A stretch of 64,000 bases of DNA from Desulfovibrionaceae bacterium (GTDB lineage Bacteria > Desulfobacterota > Desulfovibrionia > Desulfovibrionales > Desulfovibrionaceae): positions 79,196 to 143,195 of the forward strand of contig JAZHDD010000059.1 in the NCBI GenBank assembly GCA_036541255.1, in the 5' to 3' direction. The notes under the pieces were generated by a model. The model worked only from the letters and a program-made list of their open reading frames with translations. It did no database searches and was not told the DNA's origin. Numbering within the stretch: the first letter of the stretch is position 1; each line of letters begins with the position of its first letter. Below, in pieces: positions 26,906-36,847 of the stretch. A program made the position numbers and the translations under genes.

Positions 26906-28498
26906 ATGAACGGATTCGAACAATTAGGCCTGTCCGGCGCTACGCTGGCGGCCTTGGCTGACAAAGGTTTTACCGAGCCGACTCCCATCCAGGCCCGGAC
27001 CATTCCGCTGTTACTGAACGGCGAGACCGACATTGTCGGTCAGGCCATGACAGGAACCGGCAAGACCGCGGCCTTTGGGCTGCCCATTATCGAACGGGCC
27101 GTGCAGGGCGCAGGGCATGTTCAGGCTCTCATTCTGACGCCCACTCGCGAACTTGCCATTCAGGTGGCCGAAGAAATCGCCTCTCTGCGGGGCGGGAAGC
27201 GCGTCAATGTCCTGCCTGTCTATGGCGGCCAATCCATTCATCTGCAATTGGGCGGTTTGCGCAGAGGCGCGGATATCGTCGTGGGAACACCAGGGCGCGT
27301 GCTTGATCATTTGCAGCGTGGAACACTGCGCCTGGACAGGATTTCCTTTTTTGTCCTCGATGAAGCTGATGAAATGTGCAACATGGGGTTTGTGGACGAT
27401 GTGCGCGCCATTTTCGAACAGGCCGGGCCTGAACGTCGCACGTTGCTTTTTTCCGCTACCATGCCGCATGAAGTGTTGCGGATCGCCACGGAATTTATGG
27501 GTGAATACGAGGTCGTCTCTGTACGGCCCGAGCGTGATGAAACGCCTCTGACGCGGCAGATTTTCCACGAGGTCCCGGCCCGTGACCGTTTTGAAGCGCT
27601 TTGCCGCGTCATTGATGCCGAACCGGAATTCTACGGTCTCGTTTTTTGCCGTACCCGTATGGAGACGGATCGTATTGCCGAATGGCTCGTTGAGCGCGGT
27701 CATCCTGCCGAACCCATTCACGGCGACTTGTCACAGGCCCGCCGTGAAGAGATTCTGGCTAAGTTCCGTAAGCGCCGCGTCAATATCCTCGTGGCTACTG
27801 ATGTGGCTGCGCGCGGAATCGACGTGCCCGACCTGACGCATGTGGTCAACTTCGCCTTGCCTCAGAATCCGGAGGTCTATGTGCACCGCGTTGGGCGCAC
27901 AGGCCGCGCAGGCAAAAATGGCGTTGCCCTGACGCTTATTTCTCCTCAAGAGTATCGCAAACTGATGCATATGGCTTCCAGCTTGCGTCTGGAGATCAAA
28001 AAACAGCCGCTGCCTTGTGTTACGGACGTGATTCGTGCCAAAAAAGCTCGCATTCTCAGCGAGATGGATGCTGTGCTCGCGACCAAGCCGCAGGTCGCCT
28101 ATCAGGAGATGGCCCTGGAGCTGCTGAATACGCAGGATCCGGAATTGTTGCTGGCTGCTGTGTTGCAGCGCGCCTTCGGTGCCGAGCTTGACCCGCGTGG
28201 ATATCGTGAGGTGGGGAATCCCCGCAGTACGCATGACGTGGGAACGGCTCGCCGTGGTGGTTCCAGCTCGGACCGTGTCGTCTTCAAGGCTGCGGTGGGC
28301 CGACAGCATGGTATGACTGCCCGCAAGTTCGTGGATTATATCTGTCAACATGCGCACATTCGACCCTTCAAGGTGCAGAATGTGCGGATCGGCGGCAGAC
28401 AGTCGACCTTTACCGTACCCGAGTCGGATGGCGAAGCCGTGTTCCGTTCATTGAATAAATCGACTCGTGACGGGCGTCCCTTGATCTCCCGGGGTTGA
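26906..28498 (+). CDS. deaD: DEAD-box RNA helicase (DeaD/CsdA-like, DbpA-type C-terminal domain)
   Basis: Q motif, TGTGKT, PTRELA, TPGR, DEADEM, SAT, ARGID, HRVGRTGR. Confidence 0.92.
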   Translation: MNGFEQLGLSGATLAALADKGFTEPTPIQARTIPLLLNGETDIVGQAMTGTGKTAAFGLPIIERAVQGAGHVQALILTPTRELAIQVAEEIASLRGGKRVNVLPVYGGQSIHLQLGGLRRGADIVVGTPGRVLDHLQRGTLRLDRISFFVLDEADEMCNMGFVDDVRAIFEQAGPERRTLLFSATMPHEVLRIATEFMGEYEVVSVRPERDETPLTRQIFHEVPARDRFEALCRVIDAEPEFYGLVFCRTRMETDRIAEWLVERGHPAEPIHGDLSQARREEILAKFRKRRVNILVATDVAARGIDVPDLTHVVNFALPQNPEVYVHRVGRTGRAGKNGVALTLISPQEYRKLMHMASSLRLEIKKQPLPCVTDVIRAKKARILSEMDAVLATKPQVAYQEMALELLNTQDPELLLAAVLQRAFGAELDPRGYREVGNPRSTHDVGTARRGGSSSDRVVFKAAVGRQHGMTARKFVDYICQHAHIRPFKVQNVRIGGRQSTFTVPESDGEAVFRSLNKSTRDGRPLISRG

Positions 28499-28521
28499 TT
28501 TCGTCCCACGCCAGAAAGCAG

Positions 28522-28555
28522 AAAGGGCCGACAGCATTTGCTGTCGGCCCTTTTT
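28522..28555. terminator. Bidirectional terminator
   Basis: AAAGGGCCGACAGCA-TT-TGCTGTCGGCCCTTTTT between convergent genes. Confidence 0.88.
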
Positions 28556-28567
28556 ACGTAAGAAATT

Positions 28568-29515
28568 CTAGCCGTTGTTGTGAATGCCCACCAGTGATTG
28601 CTTGTCGCCACTCATGACTGCGAACGCAATATTCTTGCAATTGTGGGCAACCCCGATGTCGCCGTTGGGAGAAAGCACAATCAGTCCGCCTTTTCCTCCG
28701 GTACGCTCTTCCAGGCGGGCAATGGTTGCTTCAGCGGCTTTCTGGGCGTTGAGGCCTTGTCCCGCAAGATCGCAGGCCGCCTTGCAGGCCACGATCTTCA
28801 TGAAAGCTTCGCCAAGCCCGGTCGAGGACGCCGCTCCAAGCTGGTTGTCGGCGTAACAGCCGCAACCGACCAGAGGCGAGTCGCCCACGCGCCCCGGAAG
28901 TTTGTTGAAGGTGCCTCCCGTGGAGGTCGCGCCGGCAATGTTTCCTTCCGTATCAAGAGCTACCGCGCCAACTGTGTCTGAAGGCATGTTCTCCAGGGAA
29001 TTGCCGAATTCGTCGTAGGTGGTTTTTTCGCCCGAGCGCGCCTTTTCCCAGCGCTCTCTTTCCCGGCCATGGAGTAAATCCTGAGTGCGGCAAGGCTTGA
29101 TGCCCATCTTGTCGGCAAAGCGGAATGCGCCATTGCCGGCCAACATGCAATGGCCGCTTTTCTCCATGACCAGACGCGCCAGGCTGACGGGATTCTTGAT
29201 GCGTTGTACCGCGGCCACGGAACCGAAATCAAGCGTCTTGCCGTTCATGATGATGGAATCCAGCTCCACATCGCCATCCGAGTTCAGGAAGGAACCGAAG
29301 CCCGCATCAAAGGTGGGGTCGTCTTCCATGACACGCACGGCAGCCTCCACGGCATCCAGTGCGGAGCCACCGGCCTGGAGTACGGCGAACCCGGCTTCGG
29401 CAGCGGCTTTACATCCCTGCCTATGGGCTTCATGGGCTTGTTCCGGGATGTCGTATGCGCCTCCATGAACCAGAATGACGGGAGCCTTGAGTCCGTTAAG
29501 GGGAGCCTGGGCCAT
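28568..29515 (-). CDS. iaaA: Isoaspartyl peptidase/L-asparaginase (Ntn hydrolase)
   Basis: HGGA, DTVGAVA (Thr nucleophile), TSTGG, GRVGDSP, TGLGE. Confidence 0.92.
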   Translation of the reverse strand: MAQAPLNGLKAPVILVHGGAYDIPEQAHEAHRQGCKAAAEAGFAVLQAGGSALDAVEAAVRVMEDDPTFDAGFGSFLNSDGDVELDSIIMNGKTLDFGSVAAVQRIKNPVSLARLVMEKSGHCMLAGNGAFRFADKMGIKPCRTQDLLHGRERERWEKARSGEKTTYDEFGNSLENMPSDTVGAVALDTEGNIAGATSTGGTFNKLPGRVGDSPLVGCGCYADNQLGAASSTGLGEAFMKIVACKAACDLAGQGLNAQKAAEATIARLEERTGGKGGLIVLSPNGDIGVAHNCKNIAFAVMSGDKQSLVGIHNNG

Positions 29516-29576
29516 AAAAAACCTTCCTTATGAAAAGGCCGCACATGGTGCGGCCTGTGATTGGTATTTGCTGGGC

Positions 29577-31403
29577 CTACATTTCCAGCCGGACGTTTTC
29601 CGGGCTGAGTCGCTGCTCCAGGCGTTTGGCCCAAAGGCTCAGGCTGTAGCAGATGATGAAGTAAAGAATGGCAATGACTGTATACACCTCGAAAATGAGG
29701 TCGGTGCGGCGGTTGATAATGATTTGCGCTGCGAGCGTCATTTCTGTTGCGCCGATGATATAGGCCAGGGAGGTGTCCTTGATCATGGCTACGGACTGGC
29801 CCACGATTGCCGGGAGCATTTGCTTCAGGGATTGTGGCAGGACGATCTTGCGCATGGTCTGCCAGTAGGAAAGGCCGGTGGAGTAGGCCGCCTCGAATTG
29901 GCCCGGAGGCAGGTTCTGGATGCCGCCGCGCACAATTTCCGCAATGTATGCAGCATTGAACACGGTCATGGCAATGGTGGCCGAGGAAATAGCATCCAGA
30001 TAATTACCGCCGCGCACCACGCCGATGAAGAAGTACGACCAGAATATGACCATGATTAGCGGGTTGCCGCGGATAAGCTCAATGTATGCCAGGCAGGGCA
30101 GGCGGAACAGCTTGTTTTTGGAACAACGGCCAAGGCCCACAAATAGTCCGATGGGAAAGCTGACAGTGAGAACAATCACGGACATGAGCAGAGTCAGGGA
30201 GAGGCCGCCGATACCCCAGAAAATCGCTTCACTGGCGGGTGCCGGGAACCGGTAGATGGTCAGAACCCGCATGTTTTCTGCCATGGCGGACCAATTGTAA
30301 CCCGCAAGGCCTTTGAGGCAGATGTATAAGAGATAGAGCAGCGCGGTCACGAAGGTGATTTTGAGCACCAGGATCATGACGGCCCAAGTCTTGTGCAGCG
30401 CGACCTGCCAGGCGGGCAGGGTGCCGACTTCGGCCAGGGCGCGGCTGCGTAGTTTGCGTTTGCGGTCAATGCGCCTCAAGGTTCGGGCCGCATTACGGAA
30501 GCACAGCCCCAAGGGGCAGAGGCAGCAATCAACGATGCGGTCCATGAGGCCGGAGCGATCAATGCCGCTAGATGTCTGAAGCTTGCGGTTGATGGCGTTC
30601 ATCACGCCCGAAGTGATCAGACACGTCAGCAGGTAGAGCGCGGAGGCTGCGCAGGCGGCCTCAAAGCCTTTGAATGTAAGGGCTTCGACGTCCTGCGAAG
30701 TCCAGGCCAGTTCGGCTACACCCACGACCATGGCCAGGGAGGAGTTCTTGAGGTTGTTCAGAAATTCGCTGCCCAGGGGGGGGATGATGTTTCGGAATGC
30801 GATGGGCAGAATAATTCTGGTCAGAACCTGGAAATAGCTGAGTCCGGACGAGTAAGCGGCCTCAAGCAGTCCCTTGGGGATGGATTGCAGCCCCGCGCGG
30901 ATGACTTCGGCCATGTAGGAGCCGGAATAGACAGCGAGTCCTACGGTAGCGCACCAGAACTCGAAAGTGATGTTCATGCCGAACCACGTCATGTCCATGC
31001 CGAAATATATCCAGTCGCGTGCGACATCGGGCAGGATGGAGGGGAAGGCGTAATACCAGAAGAAGAGTTGCACCAGCAGCGGCGTGTTGCGGAAAAATTC
31101 CACGTATGCCGTTGCCAGGACATATAACGGTTTGAATCGGGAGAGTCGCGCAAGACCGAAAAAAATGCCCAGACCGAGAGCCGCAACGGCGCTGATGAGG
31201 GAGATGACGATGGTCAGGCGAAGTCCGCGAAGCATCTCCAGGCCGAAATGTTTGTCGTACGTCGTGTTGGTTTCATACAGCACGTTCCATTGAAATTTGT
31301 AGGGAGACTCGAAACCGTAGGCCCAGTAATAGGCCACGGCCCCGAGGATCGTGCCGAGCAGAAGATATTGAACCCAGTTTTTTTCCAGCCAGTACTTGAT
31401 CAT
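29577..31403 (-). CDS. Polar amino acid ABC permease with two fused permease domains
   Basis: FRNTPLLVQ/AEVIRAG..EAA and IRGNPL/AEIVRGG..EAA/KDTSL duplicated motifs. Confidence 0.9.
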   Translation of the reverse strand: MIKYWLEKNWVQYLLLGTILGAVAYYWAYGFESPYKFQWNVLYETNTTYDKHFGLEMLRGLRLTIVISLISAVAALGLGIFFGLARLSRFKPLYVLATAYVEFFRNTPLLVQLFFWYYAFPSILPDVARDWIYFGMDMTWFGMNITFEFWCATVGLAVYSGSYMAEVIRAGLQSIPKGLLEAAYSSGLSYFQVLTRIILPIAFRNIIPPLGSEFLNNLKNSSLAMVVGVAELAWTSQDVEALTFKGFEAACAASALYLLTCLITSGVMNAINRKLQTSSGIDRSGLMDRIVDCCLCPLGLCFRNAARTLRRIDRKRKLRSRALAEVGTLPAWQVALHKTWAVMILVLKITFVTALLYLLYICLKGLAGYNWSAMAENMRVLTIYRFPAPASEAIFWGIGGLSLTLLMSVIVLTVSFPIGLFVGLGRCSKNKLFRLPCLAYIELIRGNPLIMVIFWSYFFIGVVRGGNYLDAISSATIAMTVFNAAYIAEIVRGGIQNLPPGQFEAAYSTGLSYWQTMRKIVLPQSLKQMLPAIVGQSVAMIKDTSLAYIIGATEMTLAAQIIINRRTDLIFEVYTVIAILYFIICYSLSLWAKRLEQRLSPENVRLEM

Positions 31404-31473
31404 GTATGTTGTCCGGTTACGTTCCAAAGGAAGAGGTCCGGACTTTCGTCCGGACCTCGGTATTCTCGTGGGC

Positions 31474-32301
31474 TTACGGCCACATCTCGATCTTGCTGGT
31501 CAGCGGGAAGGTCCACTTGGAATCCGGACCGTACCACTTGTTGTAGATGGTCATATAGGTGCCGTCGTTCCACATGTCCTGCAGGGCGAAGTTCACTGCG
31601 TCGCGCCAGGCGGAGTCGTCCTGGGGCAGACCGGCGCCGTAGGGCTCATCCGAGAAGAAATCGCCGATGAGCTCGAACTGTCCGGGCTCCTCTGCAGCGT
31701 AGCCGATGAGCAGGGTGGAGTCGGTGCTCCAGGCGGCAACGCGGCCCATCTTCAGAGCCTGGAAGCATTCGGCCTCGTTCTGATAGGAAATGACGTTCTT
31801 GTCGGCATCGGGATCGCCAAGCTTCTTGAGCAGTGCACGGACATTCAACTCGGAAGTGGTGCCCTGCATGGAGGCGATCTTTTTGCCAACGAGGTCTTCC
31901 CATTTGGTGAAGGCGCCCTTCTTGACCAGGAACTTCTGGCCGTCGAAGAAGTAGGTGATGGAGAAGTCGATGGACTTGTCGCGCTCACGCTTGTGGGTCA
32001 TGTTGGCCAGGGACATGTCGATCTGGCCGGTCTGGACCATGGTGACGCGGGTCTTGTTGTTGACCTGCACTTTTTCGATCTCGACGCCGATGCGCTTGCA
32101 GATCTCGGTGGCGATGTCGACGTCAAAGCCGAGCCATTCACCTTTTTCGTTAATAAAGCCGGCAGGCTTGGCATTGGCCATCAGGCCAACTTTGGCTTTC
32201 TTGTCCTTCATGACCCTGTCATAGGTCGGACCGGCAAAAGCGAAGCTGATGGTCAGCAGGGCCGCGAGGACGGTGAGAGCGGCGATTCTCATGACTTTCA
32301 T
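31474..32301 (-). CDS. Polar amino acid ABC substrate-binding protein (Glu/Asp/Gln-type)
   Basis: Signal peptide, GFDVDIA, THKRER, IDFS..YF, GTTS, EPYG. Confidence 0.9.
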   Translation of the reverse strand: MKVMRIAALTVLAALLTISFAFAGPTYDRVMKDKKAKVGLMANAKPAGFINEKGEWLGFDVDIATEICKRIGVEIEKVQVNNKTRVTMVQTGQIDMSLANMTHKRERDKSIDFSITYFFDGQKFLVKKGAFTKWEDLVGKKIASMQGTTSELNVRALLKKLGDPDADKNVISYQNEAECFQALKMGRVAAWSTDSTLLIGYAAEEPGQFELIGDFFSDEPYGAGLPQDDSAWRDAVNFALQDMWNDGTYMTIYNKWYGPDSKWTFPLTSKIEMWP

Positions 32302-32388
32302 CACACACACTCCTTTCATTGATTAGGGTTGATAACCGCGCAACGTTAAGGCCCTGGTCGCGACCGCCGCGCCTGGGCCCGACATTCG

Positions 32389-33117
32389 TCAATGGGACAG
32401 GATTTTGCTGAGAAAATCTTTGGTCCGGTCGTTTTGGGGGTTGTGGAAGAATTCTTCCGGTGAATTCTCTTCGACCAAAAGCCCCTCGTCCATAAAGATG
32501 ACCCGGTCGGCCACTTCACGCGCAAAACCCATTTCATGGGTCACGCAGATCATGGTCATGCCCTCGCGGGCGAGTTGTTTCATGACGTCCAATACCTCGT
32601 TGATCATTTCCGGATCGAGCGCGGAAGTGGGTTCGTCAAAAAGCATGATCTTGGGTTGCATGGCCAGACCTCGTGCAATGGCCACGCGCTGCTGCTGGCC
32701 ACCTGAGAGCTGGCAAGGGTAGGCGTCGGCCTTGTCCGGGATATTCACCTTGTCCAACAGAGCCATGGCGACCGTCTCGGCATCGACGCGAGGCATGAGT
32801 CTGACCATGCGCGGGGCCAGGATGATGTTGTCCAGCACTGTCATGTGCGGGTACAGGTTGAATTGCTGGAAGACGAATCCAACCTCGGCGCGAAGCTTGG
32901 TCAGGTTGGTGCGGGGATCGTTGACGTCCATGCCATCGACCACTATCCGTCCCTTCTGTATCGGTTCCAGACGGTTGATGCAACGGATCAGGGTGCTTTT
33001 CCCAGAGCCTGAAGGCCCGCAAACCACCACCACTTCGCCGCGGTTGATTTCAAGATTGATGTCGGTGAGCACTTGATGCTCACCGTACCACTTATGTACA
33101 TTTTTAAAAGAAATCAC
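32389..33117 (-). CDS. Polar amino acid ABC ATPase (GlnQ-like)
   Basis: [36 protein letters not shown]. Confidence 0.95.
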   Translation of the reverse strand: MISFKNVHKWYGEHQVLTDINLEINRGEVVVVCGPSGSGKSTLIRCINRLEPIQKGRIVVDGMDVNDPRTNLTKLRAEVGFVFQQFNLYPHMTVLDNIILAPRMVRLMPRVDAETVAMALLDKVNIPDKADAYPCQLSGGQQQRVAIARGLAMQPKIMLFDEPTSALDPEMINEVLDVMKQLAREGMTMICVTHEMGFAREVADRVIFMDEGLLVEENSPEEFFHNPQNDRTKDFLSKILSH

Positions 33118-33460
33118 AAAATACGCCCCTTTAACACGTTATCTTTGTCGCTTTCACAACCTAGCAGAAATAGCAGATTCACACGATTGCGGCAAGTCAT
33201 GTGTGCTTTTCGGTTCGCTCTGTCAGGGGCTGCTTAGATTTCTCTTCCGAGTTTTTTTTTGCATTTTTTTTGCGAAAGACGAAACGTAAAAAGGAGTACA
33301 GAATCGCCTGAAAACGACGGGTACAGCCCATGACAGAAGGTGTTTTGAGGCATGGACGGCACGAATTCATCCGTTGCGGGAAGAGTGGTGATTCATCCGG
33401 GAATCATTTTTTATTCTTCGAGCGGGAGGGAGTCTGCGTGTATTGTACAGTCGACAGGAA

Positions 33461-33910
33461 TTATTCTTGAAAGTGGCTAAGTACTTTGTTGGCGGTGTCA
33501 GCGTCGATGAATCCCAACGTAAGGCAGGTGGAAAGGATATCCATTTTCATGCTTTCTTTCGACGAGAGTGCCTTTTGATGTTGTTCCAAGGTGATGAATC
33601 CCTGAGACACGAGCAGATCGCCAAGAGCATTTTCCCGTTCCCGTTTGTCTTGGGGGGAAGCAAGTTTCTTGATTCGTGCGGCTGTCCTTTCCTGTGCCTG
33701 GGCGTGGAGAAAGGCGATTCGGGTTCCCAATTCATTCAATTCATTACGCAGCAGAGCTTGGGTGCGCAGAAGCTGCTCATATTTGGCCCGAAGCTCGGAG
33801 TGGGCATTTTTCAGTGTCTGCCGCTCGAGCTCATGACTTTTACTGATCTGGTTCCGCAGGAGCGAGAACAGTACGAGTGAGAGTCCGAATGCCGCCAGGT
33901 AGCCGATCAC
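33461..33910 (-). CDS. TM + coiled-coil protein with C-terminal MshEN-like motif
   Basis: N-terminal TM, heptad region, ALGDLLVSQGFIT..Q...AL and a degenerate second repeat ending LGFID. Confidence 0.65.
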   Translation of the reverse strand: MIGYLAAFGLSLVLFSLLRNQISKSHELERQTLKNAHSELRAKYEQLLRTQALLRNELNELGTRIAFLHAQAQERTAARIKKLASPQDKRERENALGDLLVSQGFITLEQHQKALSSKESMKMDILSTCLTLGFIDADTANKVLSHFQE

Positions 33911-34146
33911 AATTCAATACTCCGAAATGAAGTTGCTTCAAAGGCCTTTTGGTCAATTTCTTCCTGGAGCCCAGCTACCGCAACCTGTAGTCCGTCGATT
34001 TTTTTTTGTAGCTTGTCTCCTTCCATTTGAAGAAATCTTCTGGTCAACCGGGTTTTTTCGGCCTGGGTTTGATGGTGGACAAGGAGCAACACTCCTTCCA
34101 CAAAAAGGAAGAGCAGGAGCATCAGCAAGGCGGTGGTATGAGTCAT
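33907..34146 (-). CDS. Small TM + coiled-coil hypothetical protein
   Basis: Hydrophobic N-terminus, heptad pattern, GTGA overlap with the downstream gene. Confidence 0.6.
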   Translation of the reverse strand: MTHTTALLMLLLFLFVEGVLLLVHHQTQAEKTRLTRRFLQMEGDKLQKKIDGLQVAVAGLQEEIDQKAFEATSFRSIEL

Positions 34147-34327
34147 GGCTTCTCGGTTAAAACAGAGTCCTATCGTTAATATTGACTTTTTGTCTTATAC
34201 AACGCCGTATGTCAAATACTGGACCCATACTCGACAAAGATAGCTGCCTGGACTAAATGAAAAAAAGTTTGGCTGTGAAGCGACAGGGCAGAGCTGCCAG
34301 CGCATGGAGGAAGAGTTGAAGGCATTG

Positions 34328-34987
34328 ATGCGACACATGTGGTGCGCCAGCGTCTTGATATGTTTTGGCCTGACGGGTTGTGGCGTCAAAGACGGCACAG
34401 TCCAATCCGTTCTCCGGAAATATGATATGAATGATTCCCCCAAAGTTGCGGCTTTTGATGTCTGTGGCGGCTTTGGTTGTACTGTGAAGCACAGCTTGGT
34501 GCTGGACGAGGCGCAATGGCGGAACGTCAGCGAATTGTTTTTCCCCCGAGCCATTGATGCCGCAGAGGAACGGTGTCGGATAGCCCGAGCCGTGGCACTG
34601 CTTGAATATCTCGTCGGAGAGAAGAATGGAACGGCGCAGGACGCTCCCCGTAATGACTTGGCCGGAGCTGGACAGCTTGATTGCATTGCGGAATCCGTGA
34701 ATACCAGCGTCTATTTATTGATGCTTCAGGGAAGCGGTCTTTTGAATTATCATGTTGTTGGAGCACCGGAAAGGCGGGGCACATTTATCTTTTATCCGCA
34801 CAACACGGCCATTCTTGTGGAACGGGACAGCGGACAGGCCTTTGCCGTGGATTCCTGGTTCCGGGAAAACGGCGCGCTGCCTGCTGTTGTGCCGGTGCAA
34901 CTGTGGAAGGACGGCTGGCGACCAGTTCCACAGGCAGAGCAGCCCGAGGCGCACGATAACACCGCCGGGGAGGGACATGGGGTATAG
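34328..34987 (+). CDS. Lipoprotein, possible Cys-His-Asp (transglutaminase-like) hydrolase
   Basis: Lipobox LTGC; QLDCIAES, PHNTA and AVDSW motifs. Confidence 0.7.
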   Translation: MRHMWCASVLICFGLTGCGVKDGTVQSVLRKYDMNDSPKVAAFDVCGGFGCTVKHSLVLDEAQWRNVSELFFPRAIDAAEERCRIARAVALLEYLVGEKNGTAQDAPRNDLAGAGQLDCIAESVNTSVYLLMLQGSGLLNYHVVGAPERRGTFIFYPHNTAILVERDSGQAFAVDSWFRENGALPAVVPVQLWKDGWRPVPQAEQPEAHDNTAGEGHGV

Positions 34988-36830
34988 GAATCTTTCGGAA
35001 TGCATGTCCGACCTGGAACAGACAGGACAACTGGTTCGTGTCGATGTTGAAATCGACCCACGGCTCGAAGCTGGCGTGATTCAACGCCGAGCCTTTCAGG
35101 CCAAGGGACCGGCCTTGTTGTTCACACGGGTCAAAGGCACGCCGTTTCCCATGCTTTGCAATCTGTTCGGCACCATGGAGCGGACGCGTTGGATATTCAG
35201 GGATGCGTTGCGTCGGGTCGAGTTGTTGCTCCGGCTTAAAGCAGACCCCATGGAGGGCCTCAAAAGCGCCTTGAAGCATCCGTGGGATCTGGCCGGATTG
35301 GCCCGCACAGGCCTGCACACGCCACCAAAAAAGGTCGCATCCGGGCCGGTTCTGCAAAATGAAACCACCATTTCCCAACTGCCTCATCTGATTTCCTGGC
35401 CCATGGACGGCGGCGCGTATGTGACGTTGCCTCAGGTTTATACGGAAAGTCCCGACCGTCCAGGATTTGGCCGCTCCAATCTGGGCATGTACCGGGTGCA
35501 ATTGACCGGCAATCAATATGTGCCGGATCAGGAAATAGGGCTGCATTACCAAATTCATCGGGGCATCGGCCCGCATCACGCCGAGGCGATTCGTCGGGGC
35601 GAATCCTTGCGTGTCAACGTCTTTGTAGGCGGACCTCCGGCCATGACCCTGGCCGCGGTGATGCCCCTGCCCGAGGGGGTGCCCGAACTTTTTTTCGCGG
35701 GAGCCATCGGTGGCCGACGTATGCCAATGGCAACCGGCCCCGGCGGCCTTCCTGTGGCCGCGGAAGCGGATTTTTGTATCTGCGGCACGGTTTCCGGTCG
35801 AGAGCAGAAGCCCGAAGGACCGTTCGGCGATCATCTTGGCTACTACAGCCTGACGCACGATTTTCCTGTCTTCCGAGTGGACAAGGTCTATCATCGAACA
35901 GGCGCTGTCTGGCCTTTCACCACGGTGGGGCGGCCTCCGCAGGAGGACACGATATTCGGGGCCTTCATACATGAATTGACTGAGCCTCTGGTGCCTACCG
36001 TTTTCAGCGGTGTGCGCGAGGTGCATGCCGTTGATCAGGCAGGAGTGCACCCATTGCTGTTGGCCGTGGGCAGCGAACGGTACGTGCCGTATGAAAGTGA
36101 GCGGCGTCCGCAGGAATTGCTCACCAACGGCCTTTCCCTGCTTGGCTCCACCCAGACCTCGCTTTCCAAATATGTGCTTATCGCCGCCCATGAAGATGAT
36201 CCTGGTCTTTCTGCCCATTGTATCCCGGAATTTTTTCGCCATATCCTTGAGCGGGTCGATCTGACGCGGGATTTGCATTTCATCACCCGGACCACGATCG
36301 ATACGCTGGACTATTCGGGCATCAGCCTGAACCAGGGGTCTAAATTATTACTGGCCGTGGCAGGGCAGCCTCGTCGGTCCCTGGCCATGGTATTACCGGG
36401 TGAATTGCGTCTGCCGCATGGCTTTGGCAGGCCGCAGGTCTTTGCGCCGGGCATAGCTGTTATCGAGGGGCCTCCACATGCTCGCAGTCGCGATGAAAAC
36501 GATCCCTCGCTGGAGGCGCTGGCAAAGTCATTGGAAGAGCAATCCGGCCTGGAGGGATTTCCGTTGGTCGTGATTGTGGACGACGCGTTGTTCACTGCGA
36601 AAGATTGGGACAATTTTCTCTGGGTAGCCTTTACCCGTTCGGACCCAGCCACTGACCTCTATGGCGCAGGAGCCTTCACCCATTGCAAGCATTGGGGCTG
36701 CCGCGGGCCGCTGGTCATGGACGCGCGCCTCAAGACGTACCACGCCCCGCCCCTGGTGGCGAATCCGGACGTGGAGCGGCGTGTGGATGCGCTGGCCGCT
36801 CCTGGCGGACCTTTGAACGGCATCATCTGA
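34977..36830 (+). CDS. UbiD family prFMN-dependent decarboxylase
   Basis: NLFGT, NLGMYR, EGPFGDHLGYY, GRPPQED, DTLDY. Confidence 0.93.
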   Translation: MGYRNLSECMSDLEQTGQLVRVDVEIDPRLEAGVIQRRAFQAKGPALLFTRVKGTPFPMLCNLFGTMERTRWIFRDALRRVELLLRLKADPMEGLKSALKHPWDLAGLARTGLHTPPKKVASGPVLQNETTISQLPHLISWPMDGGAYVTLPQVYTESPDRPGFGRSNLGMYRVQLTGNQYVPDQEIGLHYQIHRGIGPHHAEAIRRGESLRVNVFVGGPPAMTLAAVMPLPEGVPELFFAGAIGGRRMPMATGPGGLPVAAEADFCICGTVSGREQKPEGPFGDHLGYYSLTHDFPVFRVDKVYHRTGAVWPFTTVGRPPQEDTIFGAFIHELTEPLVPTVFSGVREVHAVDQAGVHPLLLAVGSERYVPYESERRPQELLTNGLSLLGSTQTSLSKYVLIAAHEDDPGLSAHCIPEFFRHILERVDLTRDLHFITRTTIDTLDYSGISLNQGSKLLLAVAGQPRRSLAMVLPGELRLPHGFGRPQVFAPGIAVIEGPPHARSRDENDPSLEALAKSLEEQSGLEGFPLVVIVDDALFTAKDWDNFLWVAFTRSDPATDLYGAGAFTHCKHWGCRGPLVMDARLKTYHAPPLVANPDVERRVDALAAPGGPLNGII

Positions 36831-36847
36831 TTGAGGAGAATAATGTC

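Noticed and set aside
28585-28593. TGCCCACCA matching the tRNA-Arg 3' end as a possible attR
   Set aside because: Only 9 bp, inside the iaaA coding sequence, no integrase, and the enclosed genes include core infA.
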